This document shows, piece by piece, positions 52,201 to 64,000 of a stretch of DNA of 64,000 nt. Under the pieces are notes generated by a model. That model ran no database searches. It worked only from the letters and a program-made list of their open reading frames with translations, and was not told where the DNA came from. Numbering within the stretch: position 1 is the stretch's first letter; the number at the start of each line of letters is the position of its first letter. The translations under genes were made by a program, and so were the position numbers. This stretch comes from Seison nebaliae (lineage: Eukaryota), in contig JALJEE010000736.1 of NCBI GenBank assembly GCA_023231475.1, forward strand, positions 1 through 64,000, written 5' to 3'.

Positions 52201-55200
52201 CATCAAATAATGATATTCCTTCACATGATCGATCCAATCGTAAATCAACCAGAATAATGGCTTCCGGTTTATCTGAAGTAATTTGTATTTGTAATTGATT
52301 TTCTGTCGAACTCGTCGTTCTCACATTTTCCATAAGTTGTTGAGACACGGTATAAACTGATGATTTTGAGTAATGAAACGGAATTCTAAGATAACTATGT
52401 AAAAAAATTGTAAAGGGAAGAAAAATGAACATAGTATTGATGGTTCCAATTCTGATCTTTAACAGAATATATGGCACTTCAACTGAATCGACTAATAATA
52501 TTTTCGTAGTACCAATAATACACAAATCCGTTCCATCTGGAAATTGTTCCATCGTAAGATCTAATCAAACGTAAATGATGATTTTATGATGATTTCCAAA
52601 ATTATTTTTCAACTTTTCTTTATTATTCGACCAACTTCACATTGCTCGTTCCTACATGAATAGATCTTTGTATTCCTTTCACATGTCACATGAGGTATTG
52701 CATCACACTTTCTTAGATCACTAAAAATCAAATGGAATTTGGTAGATATAAGACTGATAAAAATCGAACTTGTATTGTCGAAAAAATATTCCGCTACAAT
52801 TCTCTAAGCTCATCGAATTTTCAGTGCATGCACTGTAAAATGAGTTGAACAAACCCTTCTCATTCGTCTCTAGAAACGGTTTTGAATTTTCCATATTTTT
52901 TTTGCCAAAACTCAATAAAATTTGAACTTAAAAATCTGACAGTTTCCACTGAAGTGTTGAACATTTTCTGACAGAAGAATTCATAAACATTGATATCGGT
53001 GTGGGCACACATCGTCCTCCAACGATTCCGATATTTCAATGACAATATACCGGAATTGGGCGAATCCGATTTCTCCAATCTCAAATCAAATGTGGGTACT
53101 GAATGATGGGAAAAGAAGAGTAATTTATGAATGAATAGAATGGAAATGAAACATTTTTTGCATTCGATCTCCGACAATATTTGTTGACAAGTGTTGATTT
53201 TCATGAACTCACATGGTGATGCTCGACTCCTCGGGCAATAAATGGCGAAAGTATCAACATTTGGCATATCTGGTACTTTTGTACCATATGATGATATTTC
53301 TGTTCGATCTAAACTGGAAATAATTGGAATGTTTCATGAGACAATTTTCAAATGAAATGGGAACTCATCCTGCGTGAATTGATGACATAAGTTACTTAAT
53401 TCTCGATTTTTTATTCCATCGGCACATATTGGCAGTTTTGTTGTTCCTTTGTATTTTTGGAGAATGTTTGAAAACTTGTAACTGAATTCAGCTTTTTTGA
53501 AAGTGACTACGAAAGAATTGAATGAAACTGTCGAATCTCTAAGAAATTTAACTGCAATCCGCTTCATCTTTCATGTCGAGACAATCGGCAATATGGTCGC
53601 AATGTTGTTCTGCTTCTAAATTCACCACTCCATTGGCACTTTGACATTCTTGTTTTACTGAATTTCATAAATAAATGAGAAGAATTAAAAGAGCATAAAA
53701 AACATAAAATTTCATTTAATTCAAAAGTGAAAAGAAACAACTAAGAGACACACTAAGGAAAAGATAAACTACTGGGTGGAGATCTAATAGATGATCGAGA
53801 AGATGAACGAGTGAAAAAGAAGTAATTAAGAGATATACATCTGATCGTACATAAACATAAATTGGGAAATAATTCGATGGAATCGATATGAGAAATGAAA
53901 GTAATTGAAGAATTAAACGATACCATTATTTCCAAAAGTTTCGAAACAGTTCGTCGTTGGAAATTGATCGCAATTCAAATCGATCAATGTCAATGAATAA
54001 GAACAACTTCCTTTGATTTCTGAAATGAGAATAAACATCAAATTGAAAAAGAATAGAAGATGTGTCAGGGAGACCTTGACAATATGATCTACATGGAGGC
54101 TTCGCTGTCGTACACGACGGTTGGAGAATGATACACAGGAATCTTTCATAAGATTGATGACAAGTCATCCCGTTCGATTTCAATGTCTCCATCAATGTCT
54201 GTAGATAAACCACTTTCTCGTCAGTCGTCGTTAGATATGGATAATTGATTGATATCAACGGTATATAATCGCTCTTATCCGAATCGGAATTTATACACAT
54301 TTCTGATTTTTTCGTACATTTATCTAAATTTTTTTGAAGTAAATGAAATTTTTTTTTTATGAATCTCAAAGAACCTTTTACGTTTGCCGTAACGGCGTCT
54401 AAAGCATAGCAGTCCTTCACCGGATATTTGAAACAATTGATCTTTCCTAACAATTTCGAGACGAGCGGCTGATCTCCACAAAGCGATTGGAACTCTTCAA
54501 ACAGAAATAAACGGAATTGAATGAGAAAAATTTTATAATAGAAATTTGACTGTTACATAAATCTTGACATGGTTTCGCTGTTCGATTATTGGTACAAGTG
54601 GGATAATATGAAGAGCATAAGAAATTCGGTCCAATTAATGGTGCACATTCATTTATAGTTTTCTCTAGTAGAATATAAATGAAATTGATGGAAAATTCGA
54701 CGTTGATGTTTGTCGTCTGATCGGAGAGATGAGGTAAGAGAGAAAATCCATTTTCTATTGGATCTAAACGATTCATGTCATATGTTAGAATCGAATTAAG
54801 ATGATGACGTTGACAATATGAATTTCTCTTATAATCTAATCGACATCCATTCAATGAAGAATCCTGAATATCCGTCACAAATCTTTCACAATATCGACCA
54901 GTGAAATGTTTGGTGCAAACACATGTTCCTTTATTAGCATCTCCAGTGATGGCGACACACGTTGCACCATTCTTACAAATTTCTTTAATTGCACAGTTCG
55001 GATAATTATAATCTATTTCACCGATACAATCCGTTTCCGGATAATCTTCACAATTGAATATTCTCATATTATTATATTTGTTAATTAATTTCGATGCACA
55101 TAAATCAAAAAATTTCCGACAGAAACTTTTACAAGGTTTTATTAACCGCGCAGTTGGCGTTCCATTATTTTCAATTTTACATTTCGGCGATGCCATTGAG

Positions 55201-58200
55201 CAGAGGAATTCTTTTTGATATTCATAACAACTTCCATTGAGTAATTCATTAATTTCTGTCAATTCGATGTTGAGTCGTTAAGGAGTTGTTAAGAAATGAT
55301 AATAACTTCCCATATGGATAAAAGAATCTTCTTTCTTTCTACCGAACATTGATGGTGTGGCAACATATCGATATGGTCTTATCGAACATTCCGGTAATAT
55401 TTTATCATTTCCTCCACATAATTTTTCTGATTGAGGAAAATATGGATAAGGATTATTAGACAAATATTATTAGTAAAACCATTCTTCAAATGCTCTTCAG
55501 ATATACAATAATCAGTTTGGAGCATATTTGGTGCATTTGCTGAATATGTATTATTGGCAGGAAATATTTCACATTTGAACGTCCACGGATTCCCACAACT
55601 TCTCACAATCGATTCACAGAAACTTCGGCAAGGTAACACTTTATATCCATGTGCCGTTTCAGTCGATACAATTTTTTTAAGATCACATTTCGTATTTGTC
55701 ATTGCACAAAGGAATTCATTCAGGAACTCATGACAGTTCTGATTTGGTAATCGATTTTTCAAATAATTAAACTAATCAGGAAAAGTTGTCCGGACAAAAT
55801 TAAAAGACAAAGTGGTTCAAAAGAAAAAATTTGTATTCTCATTAACTTGAGCTGAATTGTCGGCTATCGTTCCAAATCCGAATGATGACACACTGGACAC
55901 CCATTGCCAGGGAGAGGTGGCGCATTCCGATATTTTGATATTTGATTTGCACACTTCCAAAAACCTTTTAGCTCCTGCGGGGAAAGCGTAATTGTCATGG
56001 AATAAAGCTAAATAAGAAATGTTAATTTTTGATAGATTGGTGAAGGAGAAGAACCATCAAATTTCTTATTTGTTAGACAAGTTTTAGATGTATCGCCTAT
56101 GGGTAATTTGTCACAATTTATATTAATCTTATTCAAATATCGACTCTCGCAACGATTTTTGTATACTTGGGAGACTGATAGATTTGATAGAGAAGAGAAG
56201 AAATAAACATTTGCATTCGTCTTGACATGGCGTCCTGTAATTCATTTTGTAGACGGTACAAGGTGGATAAATGAGTGAACATAGAGTTCTTAGATCTTCT
56301 CTTGAACAAACTTTCTGAGTGGAACAAATTAAACAGTTGTTCTTTAATTATCTCAAATCTAACTGCATGAAGTAATAATTGTAGAGAAGTGAGAGCACTT
56401 TGTTGGAATGTTTCATATCCGTTCGTCGAATCGAAATAAGCATTGGGAAAAGCAAATGAAGCTTCTTTGAAGAATATGCCACAACGATCATCGCCATGTG
56501 CCATGCAACTTTCTTTGTAGAGAATTAGATTTCCTATTAATGATCGATAGATGGACTACTAACGTTCAGGTGATAATTGTGGTTGAGGTAAAGGATATTT
56601 GTCGAGTGAAAATGGATTGTTCATTATACATTGCATTCTTTCATTGGGTAATCGATTACAATCGATAAACAAATTCCCCAAATATTGTGAACATGTTGAG
56701 AGGAAATCTAAAAACAGAAAAGAAATTTCACAATATGAAATTGACATAAACGTAATGAAAGAATAACTGACACACTCTTCGGCGCAAGGCAGATGATCGA
56801 TATCAGAACATGGCGGAGCGACCATTGGACATAGAAACAATTCAATTTGCCTTATACATGTTTGGGGCAAATTTGTCTGTTTTGCCACTTTCATCATCTG
56901 AACGACCTCATCGACGGTTTGATGTTGAAATAAAGGAGAGAATTTCGATTGCATATATGGCAACGAACTGCACATGGGCAACACTGGTTTATGATTCCAG
57001 CATATTTCTTGAGGTCGTGGATTTTCGTACGGACTATATTTTATTGATGATCCATAACAAATTGTCGGATCATTTCCATCTGGAAAATTCCTACAATCGA
57101 TCGATGTTAATAATTGATAGTGGATTTGTGATCGACATTTATCCATAAAATCTGAAAAAATGATCGACATTAAAAATTGAAGAGATTCCTCTTTAACTTT
57201 CACATAAACGACGACATGGTGGCATGATTTTCGGATCGTCAATTGATTTACATGGTGGATCGAACATTAGACAAAGAAATAATTTCGCTTCACTGAAACA
57301 TTTCGAATCGATTATCGATTGAGATTGTTTCATTACATAATTCGTCACAAACGGTACGTAAATGTTGAAATGATTGGGTATTCCATGTGTCTCCCATTTT
57401 TGGTCATTACACATGGAAATCTCTTGTTTAAGACTGCAACTTCCAGAATTATAAATGTTATCTAATTCACCAAGAATTCACAAAAACGAGAAATTCACAA
57501 AAGAAAACTTTGATTGAATTGTTTCGATTTAGTGTTGATCTTTCTAATTTTGGCAGTTCGAGAATATAAAGAAACTGCACAAAGAATACATGAAATTTTG
57601 AGAATGTAAATTTATTAGTAACGAGCGTCTGATTCACATTTGTCAATTAGAAATTTCTTCACGAAATCATCATCCTGAGAATTATGCAGATAATCATTCC
57701 ACTGAGTGGTTAATGCGTTCTCCAGTAACTCCAATCGATCATTGGGATATGAGACATTATCAGTAAATCGGACTAAAAATTGAGCCAAATCCAATTGTTC
57801 TTTACCTTGATTCTTTTTCATCATTATCTCCGATTGATTCTCATCGAATCGAGTATTCAATATTTTATCGATATTAGCACCTTTCAACGTTTCGATGATC
57901 TTTCATATTCAACTTATATTAAACAAATGATAATGGAATAAAAGAGTTCAAACATTTTTTGATAAAGTATTCGGATTGGCATGCTTCTTTGTCGGATCTT
58001 GGAATACGTTGACGATAATATAATTAACTAATTGAAAGAGAATTAATTTTATATTATTATTAAATTTTAATTAAAAATTGAACTCGGTAATTTCTCTCCG
58101 ATGGGATATGGTTCCGGTTTGTCATTTTTCTTAGCTAGAAACGAACATCGATTAGTTTTCTATGCATTCAAAGTTTAATTTTGTTTAATTATCCTCTTAG

Positions 58201-59121
58201 CATCTTTCCAAATGAGAGAATTTGAAGGAAAATAAATTTTACTTTACTCGTGAAGGTAACGGTTGAGGAAATCATGTGAAAAGTTCATTTAAGACATGTG
58301 GATCTAACCTAAAGACATCATTTAAGTTTGGTGGAATAAGCGATCTTAAATCGTATGATGAAAATAATAGAAGTAAAGTAAAGAAATGCTGGCATGTTAT
58401 TAGTAAGGAAAATGATAATATAAAGGTCCTGTGAATGGTTTAGTAAAGCCTAAAAATATCTTAATAAATTCTCAATCATTATTATCTAATTGTTTTATAC
58501 GGAAATGATCGGCTAATTATATTAGTCCAAATATTACATTTTACTGATTACACATTTCTGAATTTACTACTACAATTACACAAAGTTAAATTGAAATAAT
58601 TATTAAAAATAAATGGTAATGATGAGAAAATAAGGTAAAGAATGAAAGGAAATGATACTAACTAAGAAATATTCCTAGAATGATTGCTCCAATGACTAGT
58701 GTAAGAGCTATGGCCAGCAGAGCTATGAGTGTACAGACTCGGAAACGTTTTTTTGATTTAATTTCAATTTCATCATTCTTTAACGAATAACTCTTCCCGT
58801 TATGACTATTTGAATAAAGTTCATTGGACATAAAATCTGTATTGGATATCTTCGTCTTCTTATCAGCATCTGTCCAACTGAATAATTTCAATGTTTATTA
58901 ACGTGAAACATTTTCAAGCGAATGTCTAACCTTTTATATAAGTTCTGACTATAAATTGCATGTGCATTTATTGGATTGGGTGGATGAGATCTTTTACCTC
59001 CACTATTTTTATTAGTTTTCTTTTCATTATCAGTAAATTCCTCGTCATCATTATCATTATCAGTAATAGCACCAGATGATGGTTCATTAACTTTACCTCC
59101 CTCTGGATTTTTGGGCGACAT
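49255..59121 (-). CDS. Corin-like type II transmembrane serine protease, about 37 exons: TM, SEA-like, FZ x5, EGF, FZ x2, LDLa-like, SRCR x2, MAM-like, LDLa x6, SRCR, trypsin
   Basis: TM segment [25 protein letters not shown] (about 58665-58740). Frizzled CRD patterns (FLC..P.C...PC...C) between about 57440 and 53940. [16 protein letters not shown]...[12 protein letters not shown]. LDLa repeats [72 protein letters not shown]. Protease domain: activation site R|IVNG, SAQHC, NDIVIL, KDSCN|GDSGGP. Stop TAA at 49255-49257. Confidence 0.88.
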
Positions 59122-59746
59122 TTTGAGGCTTTCTGACAAATTGATGAGAAAAAAGAAGAAATTTTTTGAATTTATTTCCTGATAATTATTCGATCGAACT
59201 GATCGAATTATGGAAGAGTGGGAGAGAGGTAGTCCAGTTATATGAAATACCTTTTTAATTGAGGTAATAGAACTGAAATGGTTTGACAGAGGGGGTGGAC
59301 CTTATTTCCATGAACAACAACAAGATAATCATAAAAGAACGATTTGATGAATAAATTTCTTTTGAAATTGGTATTGAAGAATTAATTAGGAATCATTAAT
59401 CAGATAATCAAAAATAAATTATCAAATGTCTCCTTCTTTTTTCATGATTTTTTTCACCTTCACTCATTCATTGACAACTATAAATGTTGATGATGATGCT
59501 AGTTGGTTGTTTTTGTGGAAACATAAAATCTTCTTCTCAACGATTTTATGGGAATGTTCATCGAATGAATCGGTTTTCCTCTCAACTTCGACAAATGGAG
59601 AAAATGAATAATAATACGAATAATATATATTTCTATCAGAAATTTCTCCTTCCTTCCCAAATAGACAAGCGGTTAAACTGATATAAAAATCGTTCGAAAT
59701 CGATTCCAAACAATTCTCAGGATGGGAAGGATGATAGTGTCATTTT

Positions 59747-59787
59747 GTGTATGTGTGTGTATGTGTGTGTGTGTGTGTATGTGTGTG
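59747..59787. repeat. (GT)n imperfect microsatellite
   Basis: GT run with GTAT interruptions. Confidence 0.85.
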
Positions 59788-62249
59788 CGAGTTGTCGAAA
59801 GAATTTTAAGGAATGACAACTGATATTATTGTGGCAATTGCTCTTATTAATTCTTTTATTCCATTACCAGTACTAGTATTCCATTTCGTTCTTTCACATG
59901 CACACCATCTCATGTAAGAAACATCCTCATCTATCGATATTTCATTTATTGTCGTTAGTGTTTATGTGCTAAGACCAATTTCTTTCACTATGGTGATCCG
60001 GAAGAAAATATAAAACTTAACAACAATTCCACTTTCTTCTCAGTTTAAAATGGAGAGTTCAACTCGCAACTTTCTCCCCTCCCCTCCTATATATGGACGG
60101 CAAGTCGGGTGAGAAAGACACTATAAATACTCTTATAATAAACCATTTCCTCAGATAATAGTAACTTATGTCGATTAAACATCTTTAAACAACTTCTCAT
60201 ATAAACGAATTGCCAATTCTTCGAATTGGGTCGAAGAACAAAAATTATCTTGGAAAAACGAACTTCCACAATTATCCACTCTATTTGATAATTTTCTAGT
60301 TACATATTCAATCTCATCATCAGAACAAGAATGATTGGTGTATTAATCAAAAAAGAAGTCGAATAAGGAATTCGAGTTTTGGTGAAATTGTTCATTCATA
60401 AAAACATATATTGAATTACTCGAAAATTAAATATAACGATTAGTTCACATACAAATTAATATTGATAATACACACTTCCGCTTTCACGATACAACCGCAG
60501 CAATTTGATAGTAATCATGTAAAATTATATATGAACTACTGAATGCTACCGATATGTTTTTGGTTCGGGGTGGGGGTGGAAATTGAGGAAAGTGAATGAG
60601 CCTAATTTAAACAAACTTTTTTAATTCACCAATTCCAATTAACATAGTATAAACGTTTAATTGATCGTTTTCCGTTTTCCACAAAACATCTGGTATGACG
60701 ACTGAGAGAATTGGTAGAAACTAAAGTGAATGATGTGTGAGAAATGCAAAACAATTTATTTATTTTCTTATTGAAAATCATTTGATGAAGTTGAGTCATT
60801 TCCTCTTGTTGAACTTTCGGAACTTCATTTCACACATACACATGCAAACATGAATGAACACAGGTGTATATAATGGAATTGATAAAGAAAAAGTTTCGAT
60901 TTGGTTGGGAGAACATTCATATATCGATATTGTTTTATTTCATATCGAATAAATACACCTTGAGAACGATTAAATATTTCTTCTTTATATTCTGCTAATC
61001 ATATTTTCTCCCTTCTGAAGAACTCATTGAATTGAGAATGAAACGAATGACGATAATAAAGGAACTAAAAAAGAAGTAAATTGGGGAAGAAAAGAAGAAG
61101 AAGAAGGTGAATGAACTAAGGAGCATTTAATGAAGACGAATCAGATGAGAAAGGGAATGGCTCCAAGGTTTTCACAAATTCTTCCTCATCGACCAAAAAT
61201 ATAAAACGTATAAACCGAAAAAAAACCAAATTCGACATGGTTTCCCGTAGTACTACACAATTATTCTACTTATCAACAACTGCAGTTGTTTGTGGAATGT
61301 CTAGTAGGGAATATTTGAGGATAATTCATTCGAATCACTCAACAAATTTTCTTTAAAAAATTTTCCGGAAGTACAACAATAATAATCCCGAAAACCGAAA
61401 ATGAAACTGATTTTAATAAATAAGAAAGGAAAAAGTTCATTATTTTATCAAAGAATTTTCAAGAAATAAAACTTTTTTTGGTAAAAGTGAAAATTTCTTA
61501 AATTTTCGAATTCAATATCACAAGAGTATAATATAATTCGATAATTATGAAATGAATATGTTTTTATAAAATTTTTTTTGTTTAATAGATTGTTCAAATT
61601 TATTGTTTGATCACTATATGTAGTTGACGAATGATAATAAAAGAGATGGTATGAATAAAATTAGAGAATGACTGATTTTTTATTATAAGGTTGTGTGGGA
61701 GAACACAATAGGACAATGGTAACGGTACACATTAAATTAACACATAATACTACAATAAAATAGATGAATCTAAAAATTCTAAAAAAACTAAAGAATCAAA
61801 CAAGTTTGTGAAATTTAATTGTTTATTTAATTTAAAATTTTTAGAGTTTCCTTCTTTTTTCTGCATCACAATATTCTTCCAATTAATAGAATAAACAATT
61901 GTATAACGGTCTCTCCATCACTATTTTAATTTCTTTGGATTGTTTTTTATTAAAGAATAGACCGAATGAAGAATTTAATAGTAATAAATAGTAATTTTAT
62001 TTCCAATTTCGAATATACAATTTCTTTGGGATAAACTATCTTTGTTCCAAATTTAAAAAAATTCTGACAACGAAAATCAAATATAAACTTCAAAAAAAAA
62101 CTTTTTTTGGCAATATTAAGCAAAATTTAGCATACATTGTTATTTAGTTTCGACTATTTCAAATCACATGATATTACAGTTTGGTTTTTTATACAAAGTA
62201 GATATTTCTCAAGTTAATAAAATTTTAAAATTTTAATTTTCTTTAAATT

Positions 62250-62412
62250 AATGCACTTAAAGTGCCCAAAACTTTTAGAGCTCCATAACTTTCTTATCCG
62301 AATTCTGAGGAGAAAAGTAAGAGTACCATGATGATCGGCGTCAAATTCTTCATCTAATAGATTTTAAAAAACCTATGTAATAAGGTAGTTCATTTTTGTG
62401 TCGCACTATGTA
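62250..62412. mobile_element. Possible end of a non-autonomous Tc1/mariner-like element
   Basis: MITE-style internal sequence (AGAGCTCCATAACTT...GTACCATGATGATCGGCGTCAAATTC) ending TTTTTGTGTCGCACTATG|TA. No partner TIR was found. Confidence 0.28.
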
Positions 62413-63199
62413 ATGAAAAAATTGTTGAAATGGAAAAAAATGAAAAGAACTGTAAAATATTTCATTAATTTTCTTCAACTATAACTGAAGAACTCGAAAC
62501 TCGAAATTTTCATTAGAACATCTATAATTTGAGGGCCATTGACATTACCCGAAATATTACCCGCCCAGCCATTAATGCAAAATAAAAGGTTTTAGAATAT
62601 AAATCAAAAAAACCATAATTGGAAATGAGCCGAAATTTGAACCCTAATGAAGTTTAGCTCGTAATTGTTCGTCGCATTTGGGATTTGTGAATATTCACCA
62701 TAATAACAATCGAATAACAGAAAAGATATTTCCAGTTTTGGAAAATGTAAGTGGAGGATGGAAATTGAATAAATTTTTTGTAGAAAAAATTTCAAAAAAT
62801 TGGGAAATTTTAATTTAAAAAATTTTGAAAAGATTAACGACAAATAGACTTCAGTGAATTATTGAATAGAATCGATGATATGACGATGAGGAATGCTAAA
62901 AGAAGAAGGCGAAAAGATGATATTAGAAAATAAATAAAGAAATCTTCTTAATTACACGAAGTAATTTTCATGATAATTTGGTGATAAATGTCTATGACAC
63001 GGACCTATGTGATTTTCATTGAATAAAATATAAATTTTAAATAATTCAAGGAAATTTGGAAAAATTTTCGTAAATTGTTCGTTAAAGGAAATATTGTATG
63101 AATAAAAATGAAGAATAAAAGTTTCTAAAAGTTTTTTCTTCAAAAAAAATTGCCATAGAAATTTCTCTTAAAATTTCAATTTTTTTAAAATTTTTTCTT

Positions 63200-63934
63200 T
63201 TAGTTTCCGTAAAATTTCTTACAGAAAGATTGGGAATCACATAGTTTGGCTGATTGTTCTGATTTACACCAGAATTTTGGACCATGACCGCAACTCTTCA
63301 CACTCAATGGCATCGATTTAATGGCATCGATGTAATGTTGATTAGTTGACGACGCTCCACAAAGATTGATCGTTTCACAAATTTTTTCTGGATCATCCAT
63401 TTGAGTGACGAGTTGAAGAACGTATGGAGCATATTCGTCTATATATGACACACAAGTACTTTGGTCAGCTTTCGGTAACAAGTCACACAAGTTAGTTAAA
63501 GCTTCAATAATTTCATGTTCTGTTTTGTTCTCCATTAATTCTTTGTTAATTAAATCGACTGCCAATTTGCAGAAACCGCAGAACGGTCCACTTATCGACG
63601 TTTTCTCCAGAACGATCTTTTCTCGTTGGTGCACTGATGTTTTCTTTGAGCACAAATCTAAAAATGTACAAATCTTTTTCGGGTCAATTTCCATACTGAT
63701 CAATGTGGCGATTGATTCTTCATATTCGTCGACAAATGCTTTACATTCATTCGAAATTGTCGAGGGCATTTGTGAGCAGACGAAATCCAAAACTTTCTTT
63801 ATTTCAATCTGAATTTGAACAATTGAAATTTTAGTCAAATTAAACTATCAAATAAACTTCGGAAGAATTGGCTGAAATATATTGAGCTGCTTCTTTCATT
63901 ACGAATTCGCAGATTGCACAACCTTCACCATTCA
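63200..63934 (-). CDS. PSAP: Prosaposin, 3' part (two saposin-B domains and a C-terminal saposin-A domain); continues beyond the window
   Basis: Exons 63934-63858 and 63808-63200 give CAICEFVMKE...SSE|IEIKKVLDFVC...CKAFVDEY...PKKICTFLDLC, then FCGFCKLAV...ICETINLC, then SapA CGHGPKFWCKSEQSAKLCDSQSFC. Confidence 0.93.
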
Positions 63935-64000
63935 CTTGATCGGTAGTTTTGAAAGAATTGATGATTGGTTTCAATTTTATTTCTTTCTTTATCTCTTCTT

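Noticed and set aside
54665..54770. Possible extra intron(s) in the over-long sixth Frizzled domain (GTTTAG…CAG 53 nt; GTCGAA…TAG 37 nt)
   Set aside because: Neither preserves the frame alone and the ORF is open through the region. Left unresolved and not counted in the intron tally.
1002..63934. Alternative genetic code or stop-codon readthrough to explain the fragmented ORFs
   Set aside because: All breaks in conserved proteins are resolved by short GT-AG introns, conserved Trp uses TGG, and TAA, TAG and TGA all serve as terminal stops.
1..64000. A variant U1 snRNA gene (ATACTAACCTG-like) that would explain the GTT donors
   Set aside because: The ATACTAAC matches noticed (e.g. about 58655 and 45771) are a donor site's reverse complement or lack U1 stem-loops and an Sm site. 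No snRNA, rRNA or tRNA gene was recognised by eye.

Overview
AT-rich eukaryotic (metazoan, invertebrate-like) genomic DNA read with the standard genetic code; the species cannot be identified from the sequence alone. Eight protein-coding genes were reconstructed by hand-splicing the ORF track. On the minus strand: an intronless chitin synthase, a multi-exon MUPP1/PATJ-type multi-PDZ scaffold, an intronless non-alpha nicotinic-type Cys-loop channel, a cytosolic 5'-nucleotidase III, RAD54, a very large corin-like type II transmembrane serine protease with about 7 Frizzled domains, and the 3' end of prosaposin. On the plus strand: a Myc/Mad/Mnt-network bHLH-ZIP protein. There are also decayed transposon fragments and simple repeats. 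The most striking signal is the splicing code. Of about 53 introns placed using protein homology and reading-frame phase, about 50 begin GTT, 2 begin GTC and only 1 begins GTA. This inverts the normal metazoan GT[A/G]AGT donor, and there is little consensus at +4..+6 or at exon position -1. Most introns are 40-65 nt and AAG acceptors are frequent. This points to a lineage-specific, rewired 5' splice-site recognition system. All gene models are manual predictions without transcript evidence.
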